From an uncultured Acidobacteriota bacterium (GTDB lineage Bacteria; Acidobacteriota; Thermoanaerobaculia; Multivoradales; JAHEKO01), in contig CAVQNG010000025.1 of NCBI GenBank assembly GCA_963713825.1, positions 892,415 through 956,414 of the forward strand: a stretch of DNA of 64,000 nucleotides. Reading direction: 5' to 3'. Positions within the stretch are counted from its first letter, which is position 1; each line of letters opens with the position of its first letter. Below, piece by piece: positions 1-9,353 of this stretch. The position numbers and the translations under genes were made by a program. Below the pieces are notes generated by a model. That model worked only from the letters and a program-made list of their open reading frames with translations. It was not told the origin of the DNA and searched no databases.

Positions 1-46
1 GTCGCGTTTGTAGTCGGACCTTCTTCGGGTGCAGTTGGGTAGACAT
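1..46 (-). CDS. 5' end of a gene running off the window edge (MSTQLHPKKVRLQTR...)
   Basis: Minus-strand ATG at 46 preceded by purine-rich AAAGGGAGGG RBS-like sequence; frame open to the edge; divergent from arsS-like gene. Confidence 0.35.
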   Translation of the reverse strand, partial: MSTQLHPKKVRLQTR

Positions 47-146
47 GGATTCCCTCCCTTTCTACTCGAAGCGCGGCAGAGGCAGTCTATCTCGTCGCTG
101 AGCGGGGAGATGCCGGTTTGCAGCCTGCGGGTTAGAATTGTCGACC

Positions 147-1127
147 ATGATGATCGCACCGCTGCCTCGGAACTCCTTCGATTCGGCCCTCGAGGGTCAT
201 GGCCTGGAGCCCTTGCGCCGTGGGCCCGTGACAACCCTGCAGGTCAATGTGGGGCTGGTCTGCAATCAGGCTTGCCACCACTGCCATGTCGAGGCAGGCC
301 CGACTCGGACCGAGACCATGGAGTCCGCAACGGTGGAGAGGATCGTGGAGCTTCTATCCTCCGATCCGGTGGTCGAGAACCTCGATCTCACCGGTGGCGC
401 GCCGGAGCTGAATCGTCATTTCAGGCCACTGGTCCAGTGGGGGCGACAGAGAGGTCTGCGCGTCATCGATCGCTGCAACCTGACCGTGCTCGAAGAGCCG
501 GGCCAAGAAGACACAGCAGAGTTCCTGGCCGCGAACCGGGTCGAGATCGTAGCCTCCCTGCCCTGCTACCTGCAGGAGAATGTCGATCGGCAGAGGGGCA
601 GGGGAGTTTACGAGAAGAGCATTGCGGCTCTCAGTCGCCTCAATGCCCTGGGCTATGGCGTGTCGGGAACGGGATTGTCCTTGCACCTGGTCTACAACCC
701 GGGGGGCGCGAGTTTACCGCCTTCACAAGCCGATCTCGAGCCCAGCTATCGACGCGAGCTCAGATCCCGGTTCGGACTCGAGTTCACCAATCTGCTGACC
801 CTGACCAATATGCCCATCCGCCGCTTCGCCGATTTTCTGCAGCGGACCCAACAGCACGCTGCCTATCACTCCTTACTGGTCAACCACTTCAACCCGGCCA
901 CTGTGGCGGAGTTGATGTGTCGGTCGCTTCTCTCTGTCGGGTACGACGGTCGACTCTACGATTGCGACTTCAATCAGATGCTGGCCCTGCCAGTGGCGCA
1001 AGGCCGCGAGACGATCTGGCAGTTGGAAAGCCTGCAGGAGGTAGAGGGCTCGCCAATTGTCACCGGCTCGCACTGCCTCGGGTGCACAGCGGGCGCTGGT
1101 TCCAGCTGCGGCGGAGCGCTAGCCTGA
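147..1127 (+). CDS. arsS: ArsS-family radical SAM / Cys-rich (DUF3641) protein
   Basis: TLQVNVGLVCNQACHHCHVEAGP CxxxCxxC motif, LTGGAPELN, MCRSLLSVGYDGRLYDCDFNQ, C-terminal HCLGCTAGAGSSCGG. Confidence 0.85.
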   Translation: MMIAPLPRNSFDSALEGHGLEPLRRGPVTTLQVNVGLVCNQACHHCHVEAGPTRTETMESATVERIVELLSSDPVVENLDLTGGAPELNRHFRPLVQWGRQRGLRVIDRCNLTVLEEPGQEDTAEFLAANRVEIVASLPCYLQENVDRQRGRGVYEKSIAALSRLNALGYGVSGTGLSLHLVYNPGGASLPPSQADLEPSYRRELRSRFGLEFTNLLTLTNMPIRRFADFLQRTQQHAAYHSLLVNHFNPATVAELMCRSLLSVGYDGRLYDCDFNQMLALPVAQGRETIWQLESLQEVEGSPIVTGSHCLGCTAGAGSSCGGALA

Positions 1128-1148
1128 GTAGCACCCCTGCCTTCGATC

Positions 1149-1487
1149 TCAGTTGAATGACGCGATGGCTTCGTCTTCGTCTTCGAAGATCTCGAAGACG
1201 CGCGCGATCTGCGTGATGGTGAGGACATCCCGGATGTTCGAGGGCAGGCGGAGCAGCTTGATCTGTCCACCAGACTCTGTGACCTTCTTGTAGGCCGCCA
1301 CCAACTCCGCCATTCCTGAGGAGTCCATCTTGCTGGCTTTCTGGAAATCCACCAGGAGACTCATCGAGCCCGCGGCGAGCGCTTCATCGACTGCATCCCT
1401 GAAGGCAATATCTCCGATGCCGATCGTGATTTTGCCCGCCGGCTGGAGGATGGTGACGCCATCTCGGCTACGCACTGGAATCTTCAT
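1149..1487 (-). CDS. STAS-domain anti-sigma factor antagonist (SpoIIAA/RsbV-like)
   Basis: 112 aa, MDSSG phosphorylation-site motif, overlaps upstream anti-sigma gene by 4 nt. Confidence 0.9.
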   Translation of the reverse strand: MKIPVRSRDGVTILQPAGKITIGIGDIAFRDAVDEALAAGSMSLLVDFQKASKMDSSGMAELVAAYKKVTESGGQIKLLRLPSNIRDVLTITQIARVFEIFEDEDEAIASFN

Positions 1488-1945
1488 GACTCGACCTCCT
1501 TGGAGCCTGAGTCTGAGGCAGACGACGGGAGACGTTTTTTGAGAGTCACCTGGGTCGCGCCTTGGCTGTCGAACTTGAAATCGACTTCGTCCATGAAGGC
1601 TCTCATCAGCAGAATCCCTCGGCCACTGGAATTGAACAGGTTGTCAGTGGCCAGAGGATCGGGAACCGCGTCGACGTCGAATCCACTCCCCTCGTCTGTA
1701 ATACGCAGCGCCATCACATCCTGTTTCAAATCGCAGCAGAGCTCGACCTTCTTGGTCGGGTCTTGCTTGTTGCCATGCCGCATTCCATTGGCAACCGCCT
1801 CTCGAATGGCCAGCCCAAGTCGCTCCACCGTTTCCTCGTCGAATCCGAAATGCCGCATGGAGGCTTCCATGACAGCGTCGACGAGGTCGATGTTCTCGAA
1901 GCGACTCGCGATCGCTACCTTGATTTGAAGATCTTGTTCTGCCAT
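1484..1945 (-). CDS. Anti-sigma factor Ser kinase (RsbW/SpoIIAB-like HATPase)
   Basis: EAVANGMRHGN, ITDEGSGFD and SGRGILLM boxes; start taken at MAEQDL. Confidence 0.9.
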   Translation of the reverse strand: MAEQDLQIKVAIASRFENIDLVDAVMEASMRHFGFDEETVERLGLAIREAVANGMRHGNKQDPTKKVELCCDLKQDVMALRITDEGSGFDVDAVPDPLATDNLFNSSGRGILLMRAFMDEVDFKFDSQGATQVTLKKRLPSSASDSGSKEVES

Positions 1946-2023
1946 ATCAGTCAAGGTCACGAAGTGTAGCAAACGCCCTTCCGGGAGGTCGACGACCACC
2001 CCGGAAGGACTTCTGCGGCATCT

Positions 2024-5000
2024 CTACTCCGGAATCAGTACCGCCGGAGCCGCTTTCTCTCTCACCAGTCGATTGAGCTCTGCAATCTCTTCGCCAACGA
2101 CGCCGTCCAGTTCCGCCAGATAGCCGTCCAGCTCGCCTCGCAGGTCGCGATAGAGCTCGATGGCCCCGTCGGTCGGTGCTGCGTCGGCACTTTGCACGCC
2201 GCTCATGACATCCAGGATCTTGTTGTCGAGACGAGGTGGGTAGTTGAGAGTGTCCTGAGAGGATTCGTTCTTGGTCTGATAGATCTTCTCTTCGATGCTG
2301 GTGAGCTGCTCGCCGATCGTTTCTGAGATCTCGGCGATGCCGTCTCCATAGCCAGCCTTCTCCAACCGCTCGGCCAGCACCTCGACCTGGGAACGCATGT
2401 CGCGGATCTTGCCGAGCGCCTGATGGCTGGCGCTCAGAGTCTCCCAGATTTCGGTCGCCAGCTCGTACTGGGCAACCAGGTCCGCCTGGCTGACGTCGAT
2501 CCGGGGATCCTTGACCAATTGGATGTCCACCGTCTGGCTCCAGTCGCCGAGAGTCAGACGAGCCTGGTAGCTACCTGGCGGGACGATCGGGCCACTGGCC
2601 ATCCCCCAGAGGACGGCGTCTTCGACGAGCTCCGCATCGTGCCGGCGCAGGTTCCACACATACCGGTTGAGACCCGTCTCGGCTGTCAGCTTGCGACTGC
2701 CGGCCGCCTCCGGAAAGAAGCGCCGCCATGGGCTCGGCGCCTGGGGCTCGTCCTTCTCACTGGAGAGGGTCCGCAAGACAGATCCTTTCGCGTCCAGAAT
2801 CTCGAGCTGAAGCTCGTCCTCGATCTCCGCGCCCAGCAGGTAGTAGAGGATGACTCCAGTCGGGGGGTTCGAGCCCGAACCACCGCTGCCGAAGCCACCG
2901 CCACCGCCGAATCGATAGGTCGTCCGTGGTTGAAACAGGTGGGCCTCTGCATCAGCCATTTCCGGGGTCATGCTGTGCAGCGGGGTCAGGTCGTCGAGGA
3001 TCCAGAAGGAGCGACCCTGTGTCGCTACGACCAGGTCCCGGCCTGTGATGGCCATGTCGGTAATCGGTGTGATGGGCAGATTCTGTTGGAAGGGTTCCCA
3101 AGTCTGGCCATCGTCGAACGAGGAATAGAGGCCGAACTCCGTGCCTGCGAACAGGAGTCCTTTTCTGTCCGGGTCCTCGCGAATCACTCGAACGAAGTGA
3201 TCGGCGGGGATCCCATTCGTGCCTGTGGTAATCAAAGACCAGCTGTCACCATAGTCGTTGGTGCGAAAGACATACGGCGTGAAGTCGTCTGTCCGGTAGC
3301 GCGTTACCGCAAGGAAGGCGCGTCCGGGGTCGTGAGAGGAGAGCTCGATCATGTTGACCTGGCCCCAGTCCGGCATCCCGGCTGGCGTGATCTCGTTCCA
3401 GGTCTCGCCATTGTCACGAGACAGGTGCACCCTGCCGTCGTCGGTTCCCGCCCAGAGGAGTCCCTGTGTTTGCTTCGACTCCTCGAAGGCGAAGATCGTG
3501 TCGTAGACCTCGACGCCCGTGTTGTCCCACGTCAGGTCACCACCCGCGTAGCCCTGTTTTTCTGCATCGTTGCGAGTCAGATCGGGACTGATCACCTCCC
3601 AGGACTGACCGTGATCGGTAGAGCGGTGCACGAACTGCGACGTGTGGTAGAGGACATCGGGATCATGCGGGGAGAGCCGGATGGGAGCGTTCCACTGAAA
3701 GCGGTAGCGCAGATCCTTGGCTGCCTGACCAACAGCGAGTTGAGGATAGGCATTGATCTCCCTCTCCTGGCCGGTGGCGTGGTCGTATCGTCCTATGGAA
3801 CCGCCGTAGCAGCCAGCGTAGGAGATATTGGGATCACGCGGATCGACCGCTACGTGGCCACTCTCGCAGCCACCGATGACATACCAGTCATGGCGAGCGA
3901 TACCCGAGGACGAGGTACGGCTGGGCAGGGAGACGCACGAATTGTCCTGCTGGCAACCGTAGACGCGGTAGGGGAACTGGTTGTCCACCGTGACGCGATA
4001 CATCTCCGACGTAGGTTGGTTGCCCTGCGTCGACCAGGTCTGGCCACCGTTGAAGCTGACGTTGGCACCACCGTCATTGCCGTTGATCAGGTTCATCGGA
4101 TTGTCGGCGTTGATCCAGAGATCGTGATGGTCGCCGTGAGGGGCCCGGATGTAGGAAAACGTCTTGCCGTCGTCGGTCGATTTCCAGATGCCGGTATTCA
4201 GCACGTAGACCGTTTGCGAGCTCTGAGGATCCGCAAAGACATGCGTGTAGTACCAGGCCCGTTGCCTGAAATTCCTGTCAGGGTTGATGAGGCGAAATTC
4301 ATCGCCACCGTCATCGGATCGGAAAAGGCCGCCTTCGTCCGCTTCGACAAGGGCCCAGACCCGACTGGAATCAGCCGCTGAAACACTGACTCCGATGCGT
4401 CCTTTGATTCCCTCTGGTAAGCCCTCGGTCAGCTCCTCCCAAGAGTTTCCACCGTCCTTGGTTCGGTAGAGGCCACTGAACTCTCCACCGCTCAGCATGG
4501 TCCATGGCTTGCGCTCGGCCTCCCAGATGGCGGCAAACAGGACGCGCGGGTTCGAGGGATCCATCGTCAGGTCCACTGCTCCAGCTCGTTCGTTCACATA
4601 CAGGACCTTGTCCCAAGTCGAGCCGCCGTCGAGGGAGCGGAACACGCCCCGTTCGTCGTTGGGCCCGAAAATGTGCCCCAGAGCTGCGACGTAGACGACA
4701 TCGGGATCCTTCGGGTGCACGTGGATGCGGGCTATCTGTCCCGCTTCGACGAGACCGACGTGATCCCAGGTCTTGCCCGCATCGGTGGAGCGATACACGC
4801 CGTTACCCGGTGACACGTTCCCTCTTGGACAGGCGGAGCCGGTACCGACATAGACGACGTTCGGATCCGAAGGCGCTACAGCAACGGCGCCGACCGAACC
4901 CACCTCGAAGCTGTCGTCCGAGATGTTCTTCCACGAGGTCCCCGCGTCGGTGGTCTTCCAGACGCCTCCTCCAGTCGAGCCCATGTAGTAGGTCAGGGAG

Positions 5001-5221
5001 TCGCCTGGGACTCCGGTGACAGCCGTAACACGGCCGCCTCGGAAGGGACCGATGTTGCGGAACTTCATGGCTTCGAGAAAAGCTTCTTCGGAGTCGTCTT
5101 GCGACTCGCTGTCGGCAGCCAGCACTGGCTGGCCGATGACCATGAGAGTTAGGCAGAAGAGCAGCCCTGCCACCAGGGCGACGAGACTCGGGTTCCCCCC
5201 CAAGTGCTGTGAACGCATCAC
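2024..5221 (-). CDS. Secreted VPS10/sortilin-like beta-propeller glycosyl hydrolase (BNR/Asp-box repeats) with C-terminal helical region
   Basis: Signal peptide; FRNIGPFRGGRVTAV start; many S/T-x-D-x-G-x-T/S-W repeats; RFQWNAPI. Confidence 0.85.
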   Translation of the reverse strand: MMRSQHLGGNPSLVALVAGLLFCLTLMVIGQPVLAADSESQDDSEEAFLEAMKFRNIGPFRGGRVTAVTGVPGDSLTYYMGSTGGGVWKTTDAGTSWKNISDDSFEVGSVGAVAVAPSDPNVVYVGTGSACPRGNVSPGNGVYRSTDAGKTWDHVGLVEAGQIARIHVHPKDPDVVYVAALGHIFGPNDERGVFRSLDGGSTWDKVLYVNERAGAVDLTMDPSNPRVLFAAIWEAERKPWTMLSGGEFSGLYRTKDGGNSWEELTEGLPEGIKGRIGVSVSAADSSRVWALVEADEGGLFRSDDGGDEFRLINPDRNFRQRAWYYTHVFADPQSSQTVYVLNTGIWKSTDDGKTFSYIRAPHGDHHDLWINADNPMNLINGNDGGANVSFNGGQTWSTQGNQPTSEMYRVTVDNQFPYRVYGCQQDNSCVSLPSRTSSSGIARHDWYVIGGCESGHVAVDPRDPNISYAGCYGGSIGRYDHATGQEREINAYPQLAVGQAAKDLRYRFQWNAPIRLSPHDPDVLYHTSQFVHRSTDHGQSWEVISPDLTRNDAEKQGYAGGDLTWDNTGVEVYDTIFAFEESKQTQGLLWAGTDDGRVHLSRDNGETWNEITPAGMPDWGQVNMIELSSHDPGRAFLAVTRYRTDDFTPYVFRTNDYGDSWSLITTGTNGIPADHFVRVIREDPDRKGLLFAGTEFGLYSSFDDGQTWEPFQQNLPITPITDMAITGRDLVVATQGRSFWILDDLTPLHSMTPEMADAEAHLFQPRTTYRFGGGGGFGSGGSGSNPPTGVILYYLLGAEIEDELQLEILDAKGSVLRTLSSEKDEPQAPSPWRRFFPEAAGSRKLTAETGLNRYVWNLRRHDAELVEDAVLWGMASGPIVPPGSYQARLTLGDWSQTVDIQLVKDPRIDVSQADLVAQYELATEIWETLSASHQALGKIRDMRSQVEVLAERLEKAGYGDGIAEISETIGEQLTSIEEKIYQTKNESSQDTLNYPPRLDNKILDVMSGVQSADAAPTDGAIELYRDLRGELDGYLAELDGVVGEEIAELNRLVREKAAPAVLIPE

Positions 5222-5320
5222 GTTCCTCCGAAATTTGAGACCGACTTATGGGTTTGAGACTACCCTCCAACGACAGGCGAAAGCGAAGTATACCTCTGGT
5301 GTCGACGCCTTGATATCAGG

Positions 5321-6514
5321 TCAGGTGACCGCCATGACGACCGCGTCGGTAAGGTAGGGATTGTCGAATTTCACCAACTCACCCGCGGCTTTCCCCGGTA
5401 TGGGAAGGAGCCTTGCGGCCAGTGGCTTCTGAAGCCTGTGCGCCAGGGCAGCGACGTCACCGACAATGGCCTCCAACGAGTGCGTGTCGATATCTCCGGG
5501 CAGCGGAACGACGTCGAGACCGGTGCCGCAGACGGCGGAGTAGAGCAGGAGATCGTTCAGGCAGAACCGCCCCTCGGCAGCGCGCTGCGCCAGCCGGATG
5601 TCTTCCAGGACTGGCAGCATCAACCCCGAATAGCCACACCTTGGTATCGAAGTCTCGGCGATAGCCCCGGTCACCGTCGCGCAGGCGCTCAAGGTCGAAG
5701 CGGAGCCAAACGGCAGCCCCGTCAGATTCTCGATCGCGAGGGCGATGCTGGCATCGAGGCCTGGAGCTGGGCTCAGGTCGATACCCAGAAATTTCCTGCA
5801 ATGCTGGTCAGCGATTGCAGTGGCGATGGCTGCAATCGGCTTCACACGCTCATCGAGGATTTGCCGCAGACGGGATCTTGCCGTCGGCAGATCCGAGGCT
5901 CCATCGAAGGCGAGCTCGACCAGCCGGGCTGATTCGAGGCCGATACTGAAGGCCGGCTCACCGGCATGCAGAGCGACGGGGAAGTAGGGTGTGCCCGGTG
6001 GGATGTGCGCTGCGGCGGCGAACCGGAAGTTCGATCCACCTCCCGCTGTCGCGGCGGCCAGCGCCAGCATGATTCGAGCCGCGACTCGCTGTGCCCGGGC
6101 ATCGATTCCACCCTCGGGCGACGCCACCGAGATGCTGAAGCTCAGGTTCGACGTGGCTTGGATGAGCGCCGCCGCCCAATTCGCGATGGCCTCGGCCGAG
6201 CCCCCCTGGTGTTCGATCGGTCCGATAGAGAGGAGAGCATCGATCTCCGAGACCAGGGAGTCCATTCGCTCCAGGACCGGCAGAGCGAGAGACAGGAATT
6301 TGGCGTCAGCCGAGCGGACCAGGGATTGAGTTGCGAGTCGCACTGTCTGCACTTCGAGTCCGGCCTGCAGAAACTCGCTTCGAGCGGAGTCGAGGAAGAC
6401 GAGGTCTTCCTCCAGGATTCCTGTCTCGGGTAGCCCTGGGATCTCTCGACCTGCCGTGATGGTGCGGACCCTCAGCGGAGGGGCGGTATTCGGGTCGATG
6501 GTCTCTGGTGCCAT
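5321..6514 (-). CDS. DUF711 (PFL-like) family protein
   Basis: VRTITAG, VQTVRLAT, GIDLSPAP, GYSGLMLPVLED, YSAVCGTGLDVVPLPG motifs. Confidence 0.8.
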   Translation of the reverse strand: MAPETIDPNTAPPLRVRTITAGREIPGLPETGILEEDLVFLDSARSEFLQAGLEVQTVRLATQSLVRSADAKFLSLALPVLERMDSLVSEIDALLSIGPIEHQGGSAEAIANWAAALIQATSNLSFSISVASPEGGIDARAQRVAARIMLALAAATAGGGSNFRFAAAAHIPPGTPYFPVALHAGEPAFSIGLESARLVELAFDGASDLPTARSRLRQILDERVKPIAAIATAIADQHCRKFLGIDLSPAPGLDASIALAIENLTGLPFGSASTLSACATVTGAIAETSIPRCGYSGLMLPVLEDIRLAQRAAEGRFCLNDLLLYSAVCGTGLDVVPLPGDIDTHSLEAIVGDVAALAHRLQKPLAARLLPIPGKAAGELVKFDNPYLTDAVVMAVT

Positions 6515-6553
6515 GAGTCGTCTGGCCGGGATCGGTGCGACAACCGCGGGTCA

Positions 6554-7276
6554 CTAAGGGTCCGTCTTGTAGGCGGACCAATCGCCTGAAGCAGGCCGTC
6601 CTGCCGACAGGTCGAAGGCGAACCACCTGCCTCGGATCTCGCCCTTGACGGTGTCGAGCACGCCTTTCACTGTCGCCACCGCGCCCTTGCTCGTGTCGAT
6701 CATCTCGAGTTGTAGCTTGTCGCCTACCAGGGTGCCCCGCATGGCACCCTGGTTGCCATTGCTCATTCGGTAGGTGCCGGTTACCAGGAGGTTTTCGGCT
6801 TCCAGCTCGAAGACCCCATACAGATCGATTGGCTGCGCCTCGACCCGCCAAACTCCGGCGATGCCACCGCTGCGTTCTTGTCGGCGTTCTGCCGTCACCT
6901 CGTACTCCTGGACGATGCTGGAGAGTCGGCGCATGCGCTCGTACATTCGCTGACGGGCTGCAGCGCTTTCTTTGGCGCGAGCACAGGCCGCCTCGATTGC
7001 CACTCCCACTTCTTCCTCCAAGAGCCCGAAGTTCGACAGCGAGGCGTTGGGGTCCTCGATCAGCTCGTCGAGCTCGGCATTGAGCCGCTGCAGATCGGCT
7101 ACCGCTCGATTCTCGCGGGCTCGAGCACGACCATACGCCGCGACCTCCTCGTCGAGCAGGCCGGCCTCGACGGAGAAGGCACTTTGGAGGCTGGCCGCGG
7201 TCTCAGCCGGTGCAGCAAGAGTCGGAAATACAACCAAGAGAACGGAACACAAAAGCAGCATCTTGAAGCTTCGCAT
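6554..7276 (-). CDS. Hypothetical exported protein: signal peptide, coiled coil, C-terminal beta-rich domain
   Basis: Hydrophobic N-terminus with AxA-like site, heptad-rich A/E/R/L segment, then alternating beta pattern. Confidence 0.7.
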   Translation of the reverse strand: MRSFKMLLLCSVLLVVFPTLAAPAETAASLQSAFSVEAGLLDEEVAAYGRARARENRAVADLQRLNAELDELIEDPNASLSNFGLLEEEVGVAIEAACARAKESAAARQRMYERMRRLSSIVQEYEVTAERRQERSGGIAGVWRVEAQPIDLYGVFELEAENLLVTGTYRMSNGNQGAMRGTLVGDKLQLEMIDTSKGAVATVKGVLDTVKGEIRGRWFAFDLSAGRPASGDWSAYKTDP

Positions 7277-7454
7277 CTCTCTATCCTAGCTTGAATTTCG
7301 GTCGGCTTCGCACCGGGTTTCGAAGGTGTTCCGAGCCCTATCTGTAACGAACCGGGAGCTCGTTGGACGAATTATCACCGCTCGTCGATGGGCGGCGGAG
7401 TCCGGACTCCAGGAAGCAGCCGATCACGATCACATTCACACGAGGAGACCAGAC

Positions 7455-8264
7455 ATGAAGCGAAAGAAGTGCTTCCTCGGAGGCACCCTACTCCTGTTCG
7501 TAGCAGCTCTGCCTACGGTCGCGGCAGCCGGCACGGAGACCTTGACAATCTTGAACAAAGCGATCAGTCCCGAGAATCGGACCCTCTCCTTCGATCTCTG
7601 GAACACCACTGACCATGTGATCACAGCCTGGCGCCTCAGCTTGGCCCACGACGATGGCTTCGGAAAGAGCCGGCGCTCGATCCTGGATCAGGACTTTGCC
7701 CTGAGTGCATCGAGGGCAGGAAACGTGGAGCCAGCCATTCGGGGCGCCAGGATCGAGGGACCGATCCAGCCCGGCGAGGTGGTTGCCTCGGAATGGGGCA
7801 TCGAGCTGCCTACAGGAGGACACGAAGCTGCGGCCCTTGGTCTGCGAGTGGCGGCAGTGGTGTTCGAAGATGGGAGCTTCGCTGGTGATCCAGACGGTTC
7901 GAGGGCGATTCTCGCGGCACGATCGGCGCGTCTCGAGGAGATGCGGCAGGCCCTCGACTTCCTGCGGGAGACAGGTGCGGCAGGCTTGCGAGGCGGCCTG
8001 GCCAAGCGGAGATTTGCGGCCAAGGCCCAGGAGCTCCGAGAGGAGAGCAGGGGTTCCGAGATGGCAGATGGACTTCGCAGGGAGGTCGCTGCTCAGATGT
8101 CGGCTGCCAAGTTGGAGGTGGCCGAGCTCCTCGAATCTCTCCAGGATTCGATCGGGGTCGAGGTCTGGACAGGAGACGATGGGCCTGTCGATACTGCTAT
8201 TCGGGACCTGCAGGCACAAATCGACGCTGGTGAGAGCCGTGAGGCTCGAAAGGAGGCGCAATGA
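7455..8264 (+). CDS. Hypothetical exported protein, translationally coupled to the SPM-domain gene
   Basis: GAGGAG RBS, ATG 7455, signal peptide ending AAA; NxTxxxITAW and AVVFEDGSFAGD segments; ATGA overlap with next gene. Confidence 0.75.
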   Translation: MKRKKCFLGGTLLLFVAALPTVAAAGTETLTILNKAISPENRTLSFDLWNTTDHVITAWRLSLAHDDGFGKSRRSILDQDFALSASRAGNVEPAIRGARIEGPIQPGEVVASEWGIELPTGGHEAAALGLRVAAVVFEDGSFAGDPDGSRAILAARSARLEEMRQALDFLRETGAAGLRGGLAKRRFAAKAQELREESRGSEMADGLRREVAAQMSAAKLEVAELLESLQDSIGVEVWTGDDGPVDTAIRDLQAQIDAGESREARKEAQ

Positions 8265-9259
8265 TGAGGCGTTCGCGAACTGGGCTGTTGTCGAGCCTTG
8301 CCGTTGGCTTCCTGTTGCTCGGCTCCATCGATGCTTCGCAGGCTCTCTGTAAGGGCTCCCTGAATGTGGTCGGTGGTGGCTCGGAAATGTCTCGTCGGTG
8401 CCCTTCACCGAATCTGAGGAAGACGTGGCGCATCGAATGTCAGGACGCCTGTGACTATGTGACGTCATCGTTTCAGCAAACGCTGACGGGCTTCGGTGAT
8501 TGTATGAAGGATCCGAAGTGCACCACCGGCATCAAATGCCTGCCGCTCGCGGGCAGCGACATTCGAGCTTACAATCCGCCCTCACTATCCAGCAGTATCT
8601 TGAATCGTGCCGGTCGGTACACCCTACCGCCGTGCGTCTCTCCGGCCTGTTTCACCAGTAGCGTCAATACGATGACGGTCTACTGTGACTGTGATGGCGA
8701 CCACCCAGGTTGGTGGTGTGCGGAGAACGATCCCCTGATCCTCAGTCTCGACGACTCCATCTACCGACTGACGGATCGCGATGGTGGTGTCGAGTTCGAT
8801 TTGGGTGCCAAGGGTGTCGCCCATCAGGTTCCCTGGACCGCCAGGCTCTCGAACGAGGCGTTCTTGGTGCTGGATCGTGATGGCAATGGCACGATCGATG
8901 ATGGAACCGAGTTGTTCGGCGATGTGACTCCTCAGCACCAGACAGCCAACCCCAATGGATTCGAGGCTCTGGCCTTGTACGATGACTCCTTGAGCGGTGG
9001 CAATGAGGATGGTCGGATCGATGCAGCGGATGAGATCTTCATCAGGCTCCAGCTTTGGATCGATCGGAATCACAACGGTCGATCCGAGTCGGCAGAACTG
9101 AGCTATCTCTCGGACTCGGAGGTCGTGTGGATCGGCCTCTCTTACAGGCAGAGTGATCGGGTGGATCGTTTTGGCAACGAGTTTCGCTATCGTGGTCGAG
9201 TAGGCCTGGCCAGCGGCCAAAAGCGGGCGATCTGGAACGTGTTCTTGAACGCCGAGTGA
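8261..9259 (+). CDS. Sec-exported Cys-rich protein with C-terminal FrpC-like calcium-dependent self-processing module (SPM)
   Basis: Signal peptide; 12 Cys in residues ~29-157; then D|PLILSL...FLVLDRDGNGTIDDGTELFGD...NGFEALALYD...DGRIDAAD..F..LQLWIDRNHNGRSE..EL, matching the FrpC SPM pattern; AAGGAGG RBS. Confidence 0.8.
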   Translation: MMRRSRTGLLSSLAVGFLLLGSIDASQALCKGSLNVVGGGSEMSRRCPSPNLRKTWRIECQDACDYVTSSFQQTLTGFGDCMKDPKCTTGIKCLPLAGSDIRAYNPPSLSSSILNRAGRYTLPPCVSPACFTSSVNTMTVYCDCDGDHPGWWCAENDPLILSLDDSIYRLTDRDGGVEFDLGAKGVAHQVPWTARLSNEAFLVLDRDGNGTIDDGTELFGDVTPQHQTANPNGFEALALYDDSLSGGNEDGRIDAADEIFIRLQLWIDRNHNGRSESAELSYLSDSEVVWIGLSYRQSDRVDRFGNEFRYRGRVGLASGQKRAIWNVFLNAE

Positions 9260-9353
9260 GCCAGACGCCCCGATCCGGAGGACTTCGAATGCACCGGAGG
9301 CCGGTGGCCTGGAGCGGGCGCTGGCCTCCGGTCCTTACACAGGAGGTAGAGAG

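Noticed and set aside
1080-1127. Selenocysteine recoding in the ArsS C-terminus
   Set aside because: The GSSC position is TGC (Cys), and the TGA at 1125-1127 follows the complete GGALA end.
2423-4381. Long antisense ORFs (also 23773-25875, 28078-30285, 49755-50930 and others)
   Set aside because: Shadow frames opposite motif-supported genes, as expected in high-GC DNA; no recognisable domains.
7343-7373. ECF-like promoter TGTAAC...CGAA upstream of the SPM cassette
   Set aside because: Spacing is 19 nt to CGAA or 12 nt to CGTT, outside the usual 16-17 nt.
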